DNA of 64,000 nt from a bacterium (GTDB lineage Bacteria; Elusimicrobiota; Elusimicrobia; Elusimicrobiales; UBA9959): positions 4,991 through 68,990 of the forward strand of contig JAJYJH010000012.1 in NCBI GenBank assembly GCA_021789695.1, in the 5' to 3' direction. Shown piece after piece: positions 1-9,257 of this stretch. A model generated the notes under the pieces. That model saw only the letters and a list, made by a program, of their open reading frames with translations, made no database searches and had not been told where the DNA came from. A program made the translations under genes and the position numbers. How positions within the stretch are numbered: position 1 is the first letter of the stretch; each line of letters opens with the position of its first letter.

Positions 1-1
1 C

Positions 2-562
2 TCGGACGCGCTGCTGCGCGCGCTGGGCAGGCGCTCGGTGGAATACGACCTGACCGCCCTCGGCCATTCCGTTCCGGGTCTCCTTGAGCCCTTTTTGAAA
101 ACTTCGGAGGCGCTGAGACTGCAGGCTTCCACCGGGGAGGCGCTGAAATACCTCAACCTGCCGCGGGACGAGCGCTATGGCTTCCTGGACGGCCTGGCCG
201 GAGAACCGCTGACGGCGACGGCTTTTACGCGCGGCGCGCTGGGGCTCGATAAAATAGGCTGGGACGCCTCCCCGGCCGATCTCTGCAGGCTGATGGCCTT
301 TTTTTCCGGCCGGGACGACAAACCGGCGCTGGAGCTGCTGGAACTGGGGCGTCCGCCCGTCCGGGCCCCGGAAGGCTATCTCTACGCCGGCGGCGGTGGC
401 GGGGCTTACCCTGGGCTTTACTCCGCGGTCTGGCTGCTCAGGAACGCCGGGGCGAAGCAGTTCTGCCTCGCCGCCGTCTGGAACGACGAGGAGCGCGACC
501 TGCGGGCAGCCTCCTTCCTCGGACCGCTCCGCTCGGCGCTCGAAGCCCTTTCCGCCGACTGA
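2..562 (+). CDS. Serine hydrolase / class A beta-lactamase-like protein, C-terminal part (truncated by window edge)
   Basis: Frame is open from base 2 (SDALLRALGRRSVE). Segments 'GWDASPADLCRLM' and 'YAGGGGGAYPGLYSAVWLLR...AAVWND' resemble the C-terminus of beta-lactamase2-like proteins. Confidence 0.5.
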   Translation, partial: SDALLRALGRRSVEYDLTALGHSVPGLLEPFLKTSEALRLQASTGEALKYLNLPRDERYGFLDGLAGEPLTATAFTRGALGLDKIGWDASPADLCRLMAFFSGRDDKPALELLELGRPPVRAPEGYLYAGGGGGAYPGLYSAVWLLRNAGAKQFCLAAVWNDEERDLRAASFLGPLRSALEALSAD

Positions 563-603
563 TCGTCCCGGCTTGCGAGCCGGTGTTTTGTATAATCCAT
601 TTT

Positions 604-2064
604 ATGCGCTTAAGGAACAGGGAGAAGGAAGCCGGGGAACTCCGCTCCGGTCACGAGCCCGCCCTCAAAGACCTTTACCGCAGGACCTTCGGGCGCGGGC
701 CGGAGACCTTCGAGCCGCTCAAGGCTGACGGCTCGGCCCGCCGGCTTTTCCGCCTCCGCGGCGGGGATCGCTCCGTCATAGGCGCCTTCGGCCCTGACAA
801 GGAGGAGAACCGCGCCTTCCTGTCCTTCTCGCGGCAGTTCCGCGCCGCAGGCCTGCCCGTGCCGGAGATCTGCGCGGAGGACCAGCCTCAGGGCATATAC
901 CTCGAGGAAGACCTGGGTCCGGTCACGCTTTTCGAGTACCTCGTCTCCGAGCGCAAGGGGCCGGAGCTGCCTCCGCAGGTCCTTGCCGCCTATAAAAAGA
1001 CACTGGACTGGTTGCCGCGCTTCCAGGCGCGCGTACGCGAGGGGATGGACCTGAAGTACTGCTACCCGAGAGCGGCCTTCGACCGGCAGTCCATAACGTG
1101 GGACCTGAACTATTTCAAGTACTACTTCCTCAAGCTGGCAAAGATTCCGTTCAACGAGGCCAAACTGGAGGAGGACTTCTCCCGCTTCGCCGATTTCCTG
1201 ACGGAAGCCCCTTCCGGCTATTTTCTCTACCGCGACTTCCAGAGCCGCAACGTGATGCTGCGCGGCGGCGAGCCTTGGTTCATAGACTACCAGGGCGGCA
1301 GGCGCGGCGCGGCGCAGTACGACCTGGCCTCTCTGCTCTACGACGCCAAGGCCGACCTGCAGCCGGAGGAGAGGACCGGGCTGCGGGACTATTATCTCTC
1401 GGTCTCCGGCCAGGACCGCGCCTCCTTCCTGCGTTATTATCCCGCCTTCGTCTACATCCGCATCATGCAGGCGATGGGCGCCTACGGCCTGCGCGGCTTC
1501 TACGAAGGCAAGACCCATTTCCTCAACAGCGTGCCCTACGCCGTGCGAAACATAGAGTGGCTGCTGCGCGGGGCCGAGCTGGAGGTGAAGGTGCCGGAGT
1601 TGACCGCCTGCTTCAAGCGCATAGCGGCATCCTCCTACCTGCGCCAGTTCGGTAAGACCAGGCTTGGGCTGACCGTGCGCATAACCAGTTTTTCGTTCAA
1701 GAACGGCCTGCCGCTCGACGATAAGGGGCACGGCGGCGGCTTTGTCTTTGATTGCCGGGCCCTGCCAAACCCCGGCCGCCACCCGGAGTACGCACGCCTC
1801 TCCGGCAGGGACAGACCGGTCGCCGAGTTCCTGAAGAACGAGCCGGAGGTCGAAAAGTTCCTTGCGAACGTCTTCGCGGTGGTCGAGATGAGCGTCGAGA
1901 ACTACCTGTCGCGCAACTTCACCTCGCTGATGGTCAATTTCGGCTGTACCGGGGGGCTGCACCGCTCGGTCTACTGCGCCGAGGCCCTGGCGGCCAGGCT
2001 CAGGAAAAGATACGGCGTGCGCGTGGAGCTCTCCCACCGGGAGCTGCCGGAGCCAGGGAGATGA
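604..2064 (+). CDS. APH/AmgK-like sugar phosphotransferase fused to a C-terminal RapZ-like domain
   Basis: Kinase motifs 'DGSARRLFR', 'LEEDLG', 'YRDFQSRNVM', 'IDYQGG', 'YDLASLL'. The C-terminal 'SFSFKNGLP...FVFDCRALPNP...FGCTGGLHRSV' is a RapZ C-domain. Confidence 0.85.
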   Translation: MRLRNREKEAGELRSGHEPALKDLYRRTFGRGPETFEPLKADGSARRLFRLRGGDRSVIGAFGPDKEENRAFLSFSRQFRAAGLPVPEICAEDQPQGIYLEEDLGPVTLFEYLVSERKGPELPPQVLAAYKKTLDWLPRFQARVREGMDLKYCYPRAAFDRQSITWDLNYFKYYFLKLAKIPFNEAKLEEDFSRFADFLTEAPSGYFLYRDFQSRNVMLRGGEPWFIDYQGGRRGAAQYDLASLLYDAKADLQPEERTGLRDYYLSVSGQDRASFLRYYPAFVYIRIMQAMGAYGLRGFYEGKTHFLNSVPYAVRNIEWLLRGAELEVKVPELTACFKRIAASSYLRQFGKTRLGLTVRITSFSFKNGLPLDDKGHGGGFVFDCRALPNPGRHPEYARLSGRDRPVAEFLKNEPEVEKFLANVFAVVEMSVENYLSRNFTSLMVNFGCTGGLHRSVYCAEALAARLRKRYGVRVELSHRELPEPGR

Positions 2065-2768
2065 AGGCGATGGTCTTCGCCGCGGGGCTGGGCACGCGCC
2101 TGCGCCCGCTCACCGACCGCGCGCCCAAGGCGTTAATCGAGGTCGGGGGCGTGCCGATGCTGGGCCTCGTGCTGCGCCGCCTGGCCGCGGCCGGAGTCAC
2201 CGAAGCCGTGGTCAACGCGCACCATTTTCACGAAAAGATAGCCGATTACCTTTCCGCCGGGGGCTTCGGCCTGAAGACGCGCCTGTCGCTGGAGGAGGAA
2301 CGTCCGCTTGAGACCGGCGGAGGGCTCAAGAAGGCCGCGCCCTTCTTCTCCTGCGGGGAGCCGTTCTTCGCGTACAACTCCGACGTCTGGTCCGAAACGA
2401 ACCTGAAGGCGCTCTACTCCGCCCATCTGTCCTCGGGCGCGCTGGCCACGCTGGTCGTGCGCGACCGCCCTTCGCGCCGCAGGCTGCTTTTCGACGGGAA
2501 ATTGCGGCTCGTGGGGCGCGAAGGGGACGCGGTCGCCTCCGGGGGGAGGGCGCTGGCCTTCAGCGGCGTGCAGGTGATCTCGCCGGAGATCTTCGCCGAG
2601 ATGACGGAGGAGGGGGTTTTCTCCGTCACCGACGTCTATCTGCGGCTGGCCGCCTCGGGCCGGAAGATAAATGGCTTTATCGACGAGTCCCCGTTCTGGA
2701 GCGACGTGGGCGACCTGGAGCGCCTGGAGGCCGTCAGGCTGCGCGCGGCGGCCGGGGAGGGCCGGTGA
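2061..2768 (+). CDS. Nucleotidyltransferase (MurU-like, N-acetylmuramate-1-P uridylyltransferase family)
   Basis: 'MKAMVFAAGLGTRLRPLTDRAPKAL', 'LETGGGLKKA', 'YNSDV', 'WSDVG'. ATGA overlap with the upstream kinase. Confidence 0.85.
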   Translation: MKAMVFAAGLGTRLRPLTDRAPKALIEVGGVPMLGLVLRRLAAAGVTEAVVNAHHFHEKIADYLSAGGFGLKTRLSLEEERPLETGGGLKKAAPFFSCGEPFFAYNSDVWSETNLKALYSAHLSSGALATLVVRDRPSRRRLLFDGKLRLVGREGDAVASGGRALAFSGVQVISPEIFAEMTEEGVFSVTDVYLRLAASGRKINGFIDESPFWSDVGDLERLEAVRLRAAAGEGR

Positions 2769-3217
2769 TAGCGGCCTCCCTCCATGACGCCGCGGCCCGC
2801 CTGCCGGGCCAGCCGGGCCTGGTCAGGGCGCTGGAGTTCCTGCGCGGGCCGGGCCTGGCCGGGCTCTCCGACGGAGAGTACGAGCTCGACGGCAGGCTCG
2901 TCTACGCCATAGTCCAGCGTTACGTCACCGCGCCGGCGGCGGAGCCGCGCTTCGAGGTGCACAGGAGATACGCCGACGTGCAGTTCGTGGCCGCCGGAGC
3001 CGAGGTTATAGGCTGGGCGCCGGCGGGACGCTTCCGCGAGCTGGAGGCGTACGACGAAAAGAAGGACATAGCTTTCGGGCGCGCGGCGGACTGGACCCCG
3101 GTGCTGCTGCGGGCCGGCGAACTGGCCGTGCTGTTCCCCGAGGACGCGCACGCGCCGCGCTTGGCGGCCGGGAACCCCGGCCCGGTGCTGAAAATAGTGA
3201 TAAAGGTGGCCGTATGA
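2765..3217 (+). CDS. YhcH/YjgK/YiaL (NanQ/TabA) family protein
   Basis: 'FEVHRRYADVQ', 'YDEKKDIAF', 'LFPEDAHAP', 'KIVIKV'. Confidence 0.9.
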   Translation: MIAASLHDAAARLPGQPGLVRALEFLRGPGLAGLSDGEYELDGRLVYAIVQRYVTAPAAEPRFEVHRRYADVQFVAAGAEVIGWAPAGRFRELEAYDEKKDIAFGRAADWTPVLLRAGELAVLFPEDAHAPRLAAGNPGPVLKIVIKVAV

Positions 3218-3615
3218 CCTTCAAAGAACTGGTACGCTCCGCGCTCACCGGAGAGATGGAGGATATCTCCGCCTGCGGAGACGACGCCGGGCTTTTCACG
3301 GCCGCGCCCGGCGGCGGGGAGATGGGAGAATTCTTCGGGAAGCTGGCCGAGGAGAAACGCGAACGGCTGAAGGAACTGGGCAGGATCTTCAGGGAAGGCA
3401 CCGGCTTCCGCCAGCGGAAGAGCGCCCCTTCGCGCTCCGTGGAGGCCGCGCTGCGCGCCCGCGCGGCCCGCGCCGGAGAGGCGGCCTCGGTCTACGCCGC
3501 GCTGGCCCGCCAGCTGAACAAGCCGGAATACAAGGAATCGGTGAAGGCGATGGCCGAGCGGGAGCTAGAGATACGGGCCGCTGTCAAGAAGTTTCAGGCC
3601 GGCCTGCGCCGCTGA
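3214..3615 (+). CDS. Hypothetical protein, ferritin/rubrerythrin-like helical bundle
   Basis: Helical pattern 'FFGKLAEEKRERLKEL' and 'AMAERELE'. Coupled by ATGA overlap. Confidence 0.45.
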   Translation: MTFKELVRSALTGEMEDISACGDDAGLFTAAPGGGEMGEFFGKLAEEKRERLKELGRIFREGTGFRQRKSAPSRSVEAALRARAARAGEAASVYAALARQLNKPEYKESVKAMAERELEIRAAVKKFQAGLRR

Positions 3616-5335
3616 CCTTGCGCCGCACTGCGGGAACATCCTTCGCCCTGATTCCCTCCAGCCTGCGCAGGTTTTCTGCCGCGCTGGGCAGCCCCGGCGC
3701 TATCCCCAGCGCCTTCCTGAAAAGTTTCTCCGCCCCGTCCAGGTCCCCGCGCCGGGCCAGCAGTATCCCGTAATCGTTTAGCGCCTCCAGGTTAACGGGG
3801 TCCTCCGCCAGGACTTTTTTGTAGATACCCTCCGCCTGTCCGTCCCCGCCGGCCGCGGCGGCCGAGCGCGCCAGCACCAGCTGAGCGGGGATGTAGCCTG
3901 GGTCCGAGCGCAGTATTCCCGCTATCGTCCCTGCCGCCTCTAAGTCCCTGCCCGCGCCGCGCAGCACTGAGTAGCGGTTGAAGAGCGTGTCCGAGTCGCC
4001 GGGCCGCAGGGCCAGCGCCGCGTCCAGAGCCTTAAGCGCGCCGGACACGTCGCCGGTCTTCCAGCGCGCCAGGGCCAGGCCGTTGAGATAAAGCGGGTTG
4101 TCCGGCGCCAGGGAGCAGATGCGTTCGAGCATCACCTCGCTCTTGAGGAAGGCCCCGCGCGAGTAGTATTCCCGCGCCAGGTTGTAGAGCATCGGCTTGG
4201 AGGAGGAATAAAGGGCGGAGTATTCGTAGTTCTTCAGGTCGCCGTTCCGCTTGGGGATGTTAAGGGCCGAGGCCAGGACCAGAGCCGCCGCCGCCGCCGG
4301 CAACAGGGGACGCAGGCGCGGGCGGGGGTACAGGGCCGCCGCGGCCCAGACGAAGAGTCCGGCGTTGGCCAGATACGTCCAATGGTCCAGCATCAGGTCG
4401 TTGGCGGCCAGCAGCGGCATCTTTGGCGAGAGGTTCAGCAGATACCAGCCCGCGCAGAAGAGCGCCATCCTGGAGCCGCGCCTGAGCAGCAGGTAGGCCG
4501 CCGCGGCCAGGACCGGCAGGGCCGCCCAGTTCAGCAGGGCTAACTGCGGTTCCATGCGGTGGGAATGCATATCGAAAGGCAGCAGGGCCTCCTTCAGGTA
4601 GATCAGCACGGTCTGCGGCACTTTAAGGAAGAGGCCGGAGAGCACCGGCGGGAAGCCCCTGGAGAAAATGCCCATGCCCAGCGCGGCGTGCCGGGCCAGC
4701 AGGTAGAGCGGAACGGCGGCGAAGAATGGGATCAGCCTGCGATATTCCGTCTTCGGGCGCTTCAGGTACCAGAGACAGAGCGCCGCCAGCGCCGGCGTGA
4801 CCACGCCGTTTTCCTTGAAACCCATCGCCGCCAGGAAGAGGACGAAAGAGAGCGCGGCGCTCCCGCGCAGGAACAGCAGGAGCGAGGCCAGCAGGCAGGC
4901 GGACGAGGCCAGTTCCGCCCGTCCGGCCACCACCAGCAGCTGCTCCACGGCTGCCGGGTGCGCGGCCAGCAGAACGGCGGCCCAGAAGGCCGCAGGCCGC
5001 GGGAAGCCAAGTTCCAGAGCGAGGTAAAAGAACAGGAGGGCCGCGGCGGCGTGGAAGAGGAAGTTGGTGAGGTGGTAACCGGCCGGGCGCAGGCCCCAGA
5101 CTGCGAAATCGGCCATGTCGCTGACCGTCTGCAGGGGCCGGTAGTAGTTCAGGCCCTCGTCGAAAGGGTCGCCTTTAAAGGCGCGCTCCAGGTTGGCGGC
5201 GCTCAGCGCTATGTGCGGGTTCTGCTCTATTATGCGGTGGTCGTCCCACATGAAGCCCACCCGCAGCGTCTGCCCGAAGGCCAGGAAGGCCGCCAGCAGT
5301 ATCCCGGCCGGCGCCGCCAACTTCCGCCATTCCAT
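3584..5335 (-). CDS. TMTC-like GT-C membrane glycosyltransferase with C-terminal TPRs
   Basis: 'GFMWDDHRII', 'YYRPL', 'GYHLTNFLFH', 'AHPAAVE...GRAEL', 'FKE', multiple TM helices, then TPRs ('EALNDYGILLARRGDLDGAEKLFRKAL'). Confidence 0.8.
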   Translation of the reverse strand: MEWRKLAAPAGILLAAFLAFGQTLRVGFMWDDHRIIEQNPHIALSAANLERAFKGDPFDEGLNYYRPLQTVSDMADFAVWGLRPAGYHLTNFLFHAAAALLFFYLALELGFPRPAAFWAAVLLAAHPAAVEQLLVVAGRAELASSACLLASLLLFLRGSAALSFVLFLAAMGFKENGVVTPALAALCLWYLKRPKTEYRRLIPFFAAVPLYLLARHAALGMGIFSRGFPPVLSGLFLKVPQTVLIYLKEALLPFDMHSHRMEPQLALLNWAALPVLAAAAYLLLRRGSRMALFCAGWYLLNLSPKMPLLAANDLMLDHWTYLANAGLFVWAAAALYPRPRLRPLLPAAAAALVLASALNIPKRNGDLKNYEYSALYSSSKPMLYNLAREYYSRGAFLKSEVMLERICSLAPDNPLYLNGLALARWKTGDVSGALKALDAALALRPGDSDTLFNRYSVLRGAGRDLEAAGTIAGILRSDPGYIPAQLVLARSAAAAGGDGQAEGIYKKVLAEDPVNLEALNDYGILLARRGDLDGAEKLFRKALGIAPGLPSAAENLRRLEGIRAKDVPAVRRKVSGAGRPETS

Positions 5336-5412
5336 ATTCACGGTCACGCAGAGATTATATCAAGTCCATGTCCGCGCTCTCCCGCCGCGGCCGCAAAAAG
5401 GTAGAATATGGT

Positions 5413-6210
5413 ATGACCAGGCTCTCGGACGGCTCCGACGTCTATTGGGACGGGGCGCAGTACGACGCTTTCAACGCGCCATACGAAGACGATTACGGAT
5501 TCTATCTTTCGGAATGCCGGCGGGCCGGCGGGCCGGCGCTGGAGCTGGCTTGCGGCACCGGCCGGCTCACAATAGCGTTGAAAAAAGCGGGGGTAGACGT
5601 AACTGGGCTGGATTTATCCGGCCCGATGCTGGCCCGGGCCGGGGAAAAGGCGCGGAAGGCCGGGGTGGAGTTGGCTCTGGTCAGGGGCGATGCCCGGCGG
5701 TTCTCGTTAGGGCGCAGATTCAACCTGGTCTTCATGGCCTTCAATTCCCTGCAGCACCTGGGGCGCAGGGAGGACCTCGAGGGGCTTTTTCACTCCGTCA
5801 GGAGGGCCCTGGCCCCTGGCGGGCGCTTTGTTTTCGACGTCTTCAATCCGGATCCTCGCTACCTGAGCCGCGATCCGGAGGAGCTGCTGCCGGTGGCTTA
5901 TTACGACGACCCGGAGGGCGGCGGAAAGGTTCTGGTCAACGAGAGTTACAGCTACGACAAGCGGGCACAGGTGTCCAGAATAACCTGGTATTACAGGCGC
6001 GAAAAGGACGGTAGGACCCTGAAAAAATCCCTGAATCTTCGGTGTTTTTTCCCTGAGGAACTGCTGGCACTGGTCCGTTACAACGGGTTCGGGACGATGC
6101 GGCGCTACGGCGACTTCAGCCACAGCCCCTTCGGGCCGGACTCGCCCAGGCAGGTCTTTGTTTGTTCGCCGCGTGCCGTTGTAAACCGGTCCGGTATTTG
6201 CTATCATTAG
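5413..6210 (+). CDS. Class I SAM-dependent methyltransferase
   Basis: Motif I 'ALELACGTGR', 'TGLDLSGPML', 'GDARRF', 'LAPGGRFVFD'. Confidence 0.9.
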   Translation: MTRLSDGSDVYWDGAQYDAFNAPYEDDYGFYLSECRRAGGPALELACGTGRLTIALKKAGVDVTGLDLSGPMLARAGEKARKAGVELALVRGDARRFSLGRRFNLVFMAFNSLQHLGRREDLEGLFHSVRRALAPGGRFVFDVFNPDPRYLSRDPEELLPVAYYDDPEGGGKVLVNESYSYDKRAQVSRITWYYRREKDGRTLKKSLNLRCFFPEELLALVRYNGFGTMRRYGDFSHSPFGPDSPRQVFVCSPRAVVNRSGICYH

Positions 6211-6216
6211 CCTACT

Positions 6217-6522
6217 ATGAATACCTATGAGTTAATGCTGATAATCAACCCCCAGCTCACCGACACGGAGATCGGCGAGGCCGTGGAGAAGGCCAAGAAG
6301 GCTCTCACCGACGAGAAGGGCGAGGTGCTGGCCGAGGACAGGATCGGCAGGAAGAAGTTCTCCCACTCCGTCGGCAAGAACCGTGACGGCTATTACGTCT
6401 ACATGAAGGTCAAGGCCCTGCCCGAGAGCGTGAAGCCCCTGCTGCACAATCTGAAGTTGCAGGAGACCGTGCTGCGCGCCCTGATGATGAAGGCCGCGGT
6501 CGAACCGGTCAAGAAGGCCTGA
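6217..6522 (+). CDS. rpsF: 30S ribosomal protein S6
   Basis: 'MNTYELMLIINP', 'GYYV', 'ETVLR'. rpsF-ssb-rpsR-rplI synteny. Confidence 0.95.
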   Translation: MNTYELMLIINPQLTDTEIGEAVEKAKKALTDEKGEVLAEDRIGRKKFSHSVGKNRDGYYVYMKVKALPESVKPLLHNLKLQETVLRALMMKAAVEPVKKA

Positions 6523-6530
6523 GCGGACCC

Positions 6531-6965
6531 ATGGAATTAAGGATCCCGGAAATAAACTCGGTGATGCTGGCGGGGCGCCTTACCCGCGATCCCGAGGTGC
6601 GCTACACCCAGTCGCAGATGGCGGTGGCCACGCTGGGTCTGGCGGTCAACCGCCGCATGCAGGATAAATCCTCCGGGGAATGGAAGGACGACACCATTTT
6701 CGTGTCCGTTACCGTATGGGGACAGGCGGCCGAGCGTTGCAAGGAAAAGATGCGCAAGGGCTCGCCGGTGCTGGTGGAGGGCCGTCTGACGATGTCCGAG
6801 TACACCGACAAGGCCGGCCAGAAGCGCAAGGAGATGAAGGTCACGGCCAACCGCGTGCAACTGATGTCCTTTGACAGCGTGGAAGGCGCCGCCCGCCCGG
6901 CCAAGGAAGAGGCCGAGGCCGAGCCGAAAGGCGATTCCTCGGGGATAGAGGAAGTGCCCTTCTGA
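6531..6965 (+). CDS. ssb: Single-stranded DNA-binding protein
   Basis: 'NSVMLAGRLTRDPEVRYT', 'KGSPVLVEGRL', acidic tail 'IEEVPF'. Confidence 0.97.
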   Translation: MELRIPEINSVMLAGRLTRDPEVRYTQSQMAVATLGLAVNRRMQDKSSGEWKDDTIFVSVTVWGQAAERCKEKMRKGSPVLVEGRLTMSEYTDKAGQKRKEMKVTANRVQLMSFDSVEGAARPAKEEAEAEPKGDSSGIEEVPF

Positions 6966-6995
6966 GAATTTAACGTCTAGCAGGAGCGAATACTT

Positions 6996-7295
6996 ATGGA
7001 GAACAAAGAGAACACCCCCAAGCCGGCGGAAGCCGCGCAGCCTCAGCCCCAGCGTCCGCAGATGGCGCCCCGCCGGCCGCGCAGGTTCGCGCCGCGCCGG
7101 AAGGTCTGCAGGCTCTGCGCCGAAAAGATTGACCACGTGGACTATAAGCAGGTGCAGATAGTCAAGAGTTTCTGCACCGACACCGGCAAGATACTCTCCC
7201 GCCGCATCACCGGCGCGTGCGCCAAGCACCAGCGCCAGATTATGCGCGCGGTGAAGATTAACCGCAATCTTTCTGTGCTGCCCTATAACGGCTGA
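6996..7295 (+). CDS. rpsR: 30S ribosomal protein S18 (Zn-ribbon form, N-terminal Pro/Gln extension)
   Basis: 'RRKVCRLC...DYK...GKILSRRITGACAKHQR'. Confidence 0.97.
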   Translation: MENKENTPKPAEAAQPQPQRPQMAPRRPRRFAPRRKVCRLCAEKIDHVDYKQVQIVKSFCTDTGKILSRRITGACAKHQRQIMRAVKINRNLSVLPYNG

Positions 7296-7307
7296 CGGAG
7301 CGATACC

Positions 7308-7757
7308 ATGAAAGTAATACTTAAAAAAGATATCAATAAGCTGGGCCGCTCCGGAGAGGTTAAGACCGTGAAGGACGGCTATGCCCGCAATTTCTTGATG
7401 CCGCGCGGCCTGGCCGAGCAGGCCACGGACGGCGCGCTGCGCGCCTGGAAGAACTCCGCGGAGAAGCGCGCCAAACGCGTGGCCGCAGAGGATACCGCGC
7501 TCGCCGAGCAGGCCAAGCGCCTGGACGCAATCACGCTCTCGTTCTCCCGCCCGGTCTCGGAGGACGGCGTGATGTACGGCTCCGTGGCCAAGAGCGACAT
7601 AATCAAGAACCTGGCCGCCGCCGACATAGAGATACATAAGGACATGATACGGCTGCCGGCATCGCTGAAGGCCGTAGGGACGTTCGAAGTGGAGATAGTT
7701 CTCAAGCCGCACATCGCCGCCAAGGTGAAAGTGGCCATTTCGGCCCAGAGCAAGTAA
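7308..7757 (+). CDS. rplI: 50S ribosomal protein L9
   Basis: 'MKVILKKDINKLGRSGEVKTVKDGYARNFLMPRG'. Confidence 0.97.
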   Translation: MKVILKKDINKLGRSGEVKTVKDGYARNFLMPRGLAEQATDGALRAWKNSAEKRAKRVAAEDTALAEQAKRLDAITLSFSRPVSEDGVMYGSVAKSDIIKNLAAADIEIHKDMIRLPASLKAVGTFEVEIVLKPHIAAKVKVAISAQSK

Positions 7758-7763
7758 CCGACC

Positions 7764-7816
7764 GCCCGCCGGGCCGCAGCGCTTCCTCATTCGCACGGGT
7801 CCGGCGGGCCGTTTTT
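7764..7816 (+). terminator. Possible terminator/attenuator hairpin after rplI
   Basis: GCCCGCCGGG ... TCCGGCGGGC followed by CGTTTTT. The loop is long, so the call is weak. Confidence 0.35.
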
Positions 7817-7870
7817 CCGGCGCAGGGCAGTGCCGGGCCCCCATCTTAATCTCAAGGCAGGGTTAGGGTT

Positions 7871-9250
7871 ATGACCTATAACAAGGTTCCTCCGCATTCC
7901 AACGAGGCGGAAATGGCCGTGCTCGGGGCCATGCTGATAGATAAGGAAGTAATAGACGGCATAACCGAGATCCTGCAGCCCAAGCATTTCTACAGCGACA
8001 TCCACCGCAGGATCTACGAGGCCGTCCTGGACATGCGCCAGCGCGGCATGCCGGTGGACGTGGTGACCCTCTCCGAGGAACTGAGGAAGACCGGACGTCT
8101 GGACGAGCTGGGGGGGCAGAAATATCTGGCGGACCTGATGGAAAAGGTCTCCACCGCCGCCCACACTCAGGCTTACGCCAACATTGTCCGGGAGCGCGCC
8201 CTGATGCGCGAGTTGATCCGCGTCTCCACCTCCATAGTGGAGAAAACGCAGGAAGGCTCCGAGAGCGTGGATAAAATCATGGATTTCGCCGAGGAGCAGA
8301 TCCTCTCCGTGGCCCAGAAGAACACCGACCACGGCTTCACTTCGGCCTCCACGCTGGCGGCCCAGACGCTGGGCCGCATGGAGAAAGTTTTCTCGCAGCA
8401 TTCGCCGGTCACCGGAGTCCCGACGGGCTTCGCCAGGCTGGACGACATGACCGGCGGCTTCCAGAAGTCGGACCTGATAATCATCGCGGCCCGCCCTTCG
8501 ATGGGCAAGACCGCGCTGGCGCTGAATATCGCCTACAACGCCTGCGTCGAGAAGAAGATTCCGACCGCGATCTTCTCGATGGAGATGGACGACACTTCCA
8601 TCATGCAGCGCCTGATCTGCTCTGCCGCGCGCGCCAATCTCAGCGGCGTGCGCAACGGCAAGCTTTCGCGCGAGGTCTGGCCTCAGTTGACCCGCTACAC
8701 CAGCGTAGTCTCCGAGGCGCCGCTCTATATAGACGACACGCCCGGCCTCACCATACTGGACATCCGCAACCGCACCCGCAAACTGATGATGCAGCTCAAA
8801 AACGAGAACAAGGAACTGGGGCTGGTCGTGATAGACTACCTGCAGTTGATCCGCGGAGCCGGCAGGACCGAGAGCCGCCAGCAGGAGGTGGCCGAGATTT
8901 CGCGTCTGCTGAAGGACCTGGCCCGCAGCCTGCAACTGCCGGTGGTGGCGCTGTCGCAGCTCAACCGCCGCAGCGAGGACAAGGGGCGCGCCGACAACAG
9001 GCCGCAGCTTTCCGACCTGCGCGACTCCGGCTCGATAGAGCAGGACGCCGATTTTGTCGCGATGATACACCGCGAGGAATATTACAAGCGCGAGGATCCC
9101 ACGGTAAGGAACCAGGCCACGCTGATAGTGGCCAAGCACCGCAACGGCCCCGTGGGCGACGTGCCGCTGGCCTTCTTCCACGAGTACACCCGCTTCGACA
9201 ACCCCGCCGTATCCCCGATCGAGCCGATGGCGGAAGAAGCGGTCTTCTAG
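7871..9250 (+). CDS. dnaB: Replicative DNA helicase
   Basis: 'PPHSNEAEMAVLG', Walker A 'AARPSMGKT', 'VIDYLQL', 'LSQLNR', 'DLRDSGSIEQDAD', 'KHRNGP'. No intein visible. Confidence 0.98.
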   Translation: MTYNKVPPHSNEAEMAVLGAMLIDKEVIDGITEILQPKHFYSDIHRRIYEAVLDMRQRGMPVDVVTLSEELRKTGRLDELGGQKYLADLMEKVSTAAHTQAYANIVRERALMRELIRVSTSIVEKTQEGSESVDKIMDFAEEQILSVAQKNTDHGFTSASTLAAQTLGRMEKVFSQHSPVTGVPTGFARLDDMTGGFQKSDLIIIAARPSMGKTALALNIAYNACVEKKIPTAIFSMEMDDTSIMQRLICSAARANLSGVRNGKLSREVWPQLTRYTSVVSEAPLYIDDTPGLTILDIRNRTRKLMMQLKNENKELGLVVIDYLQLIRGAGRTESRQQEVAEISRLLKDLARSLQLPVVALSQLNRRSEDKGRADNRPQLSDLRDSGSIEQDADFVAMIHREEYYKREDPTVRNQATLIVAKHRNGPVGDVPLAFFHEYTRFDNPAVSPIEPMAEEAVF

Positions 9251-9257
9251 GGGCGGC

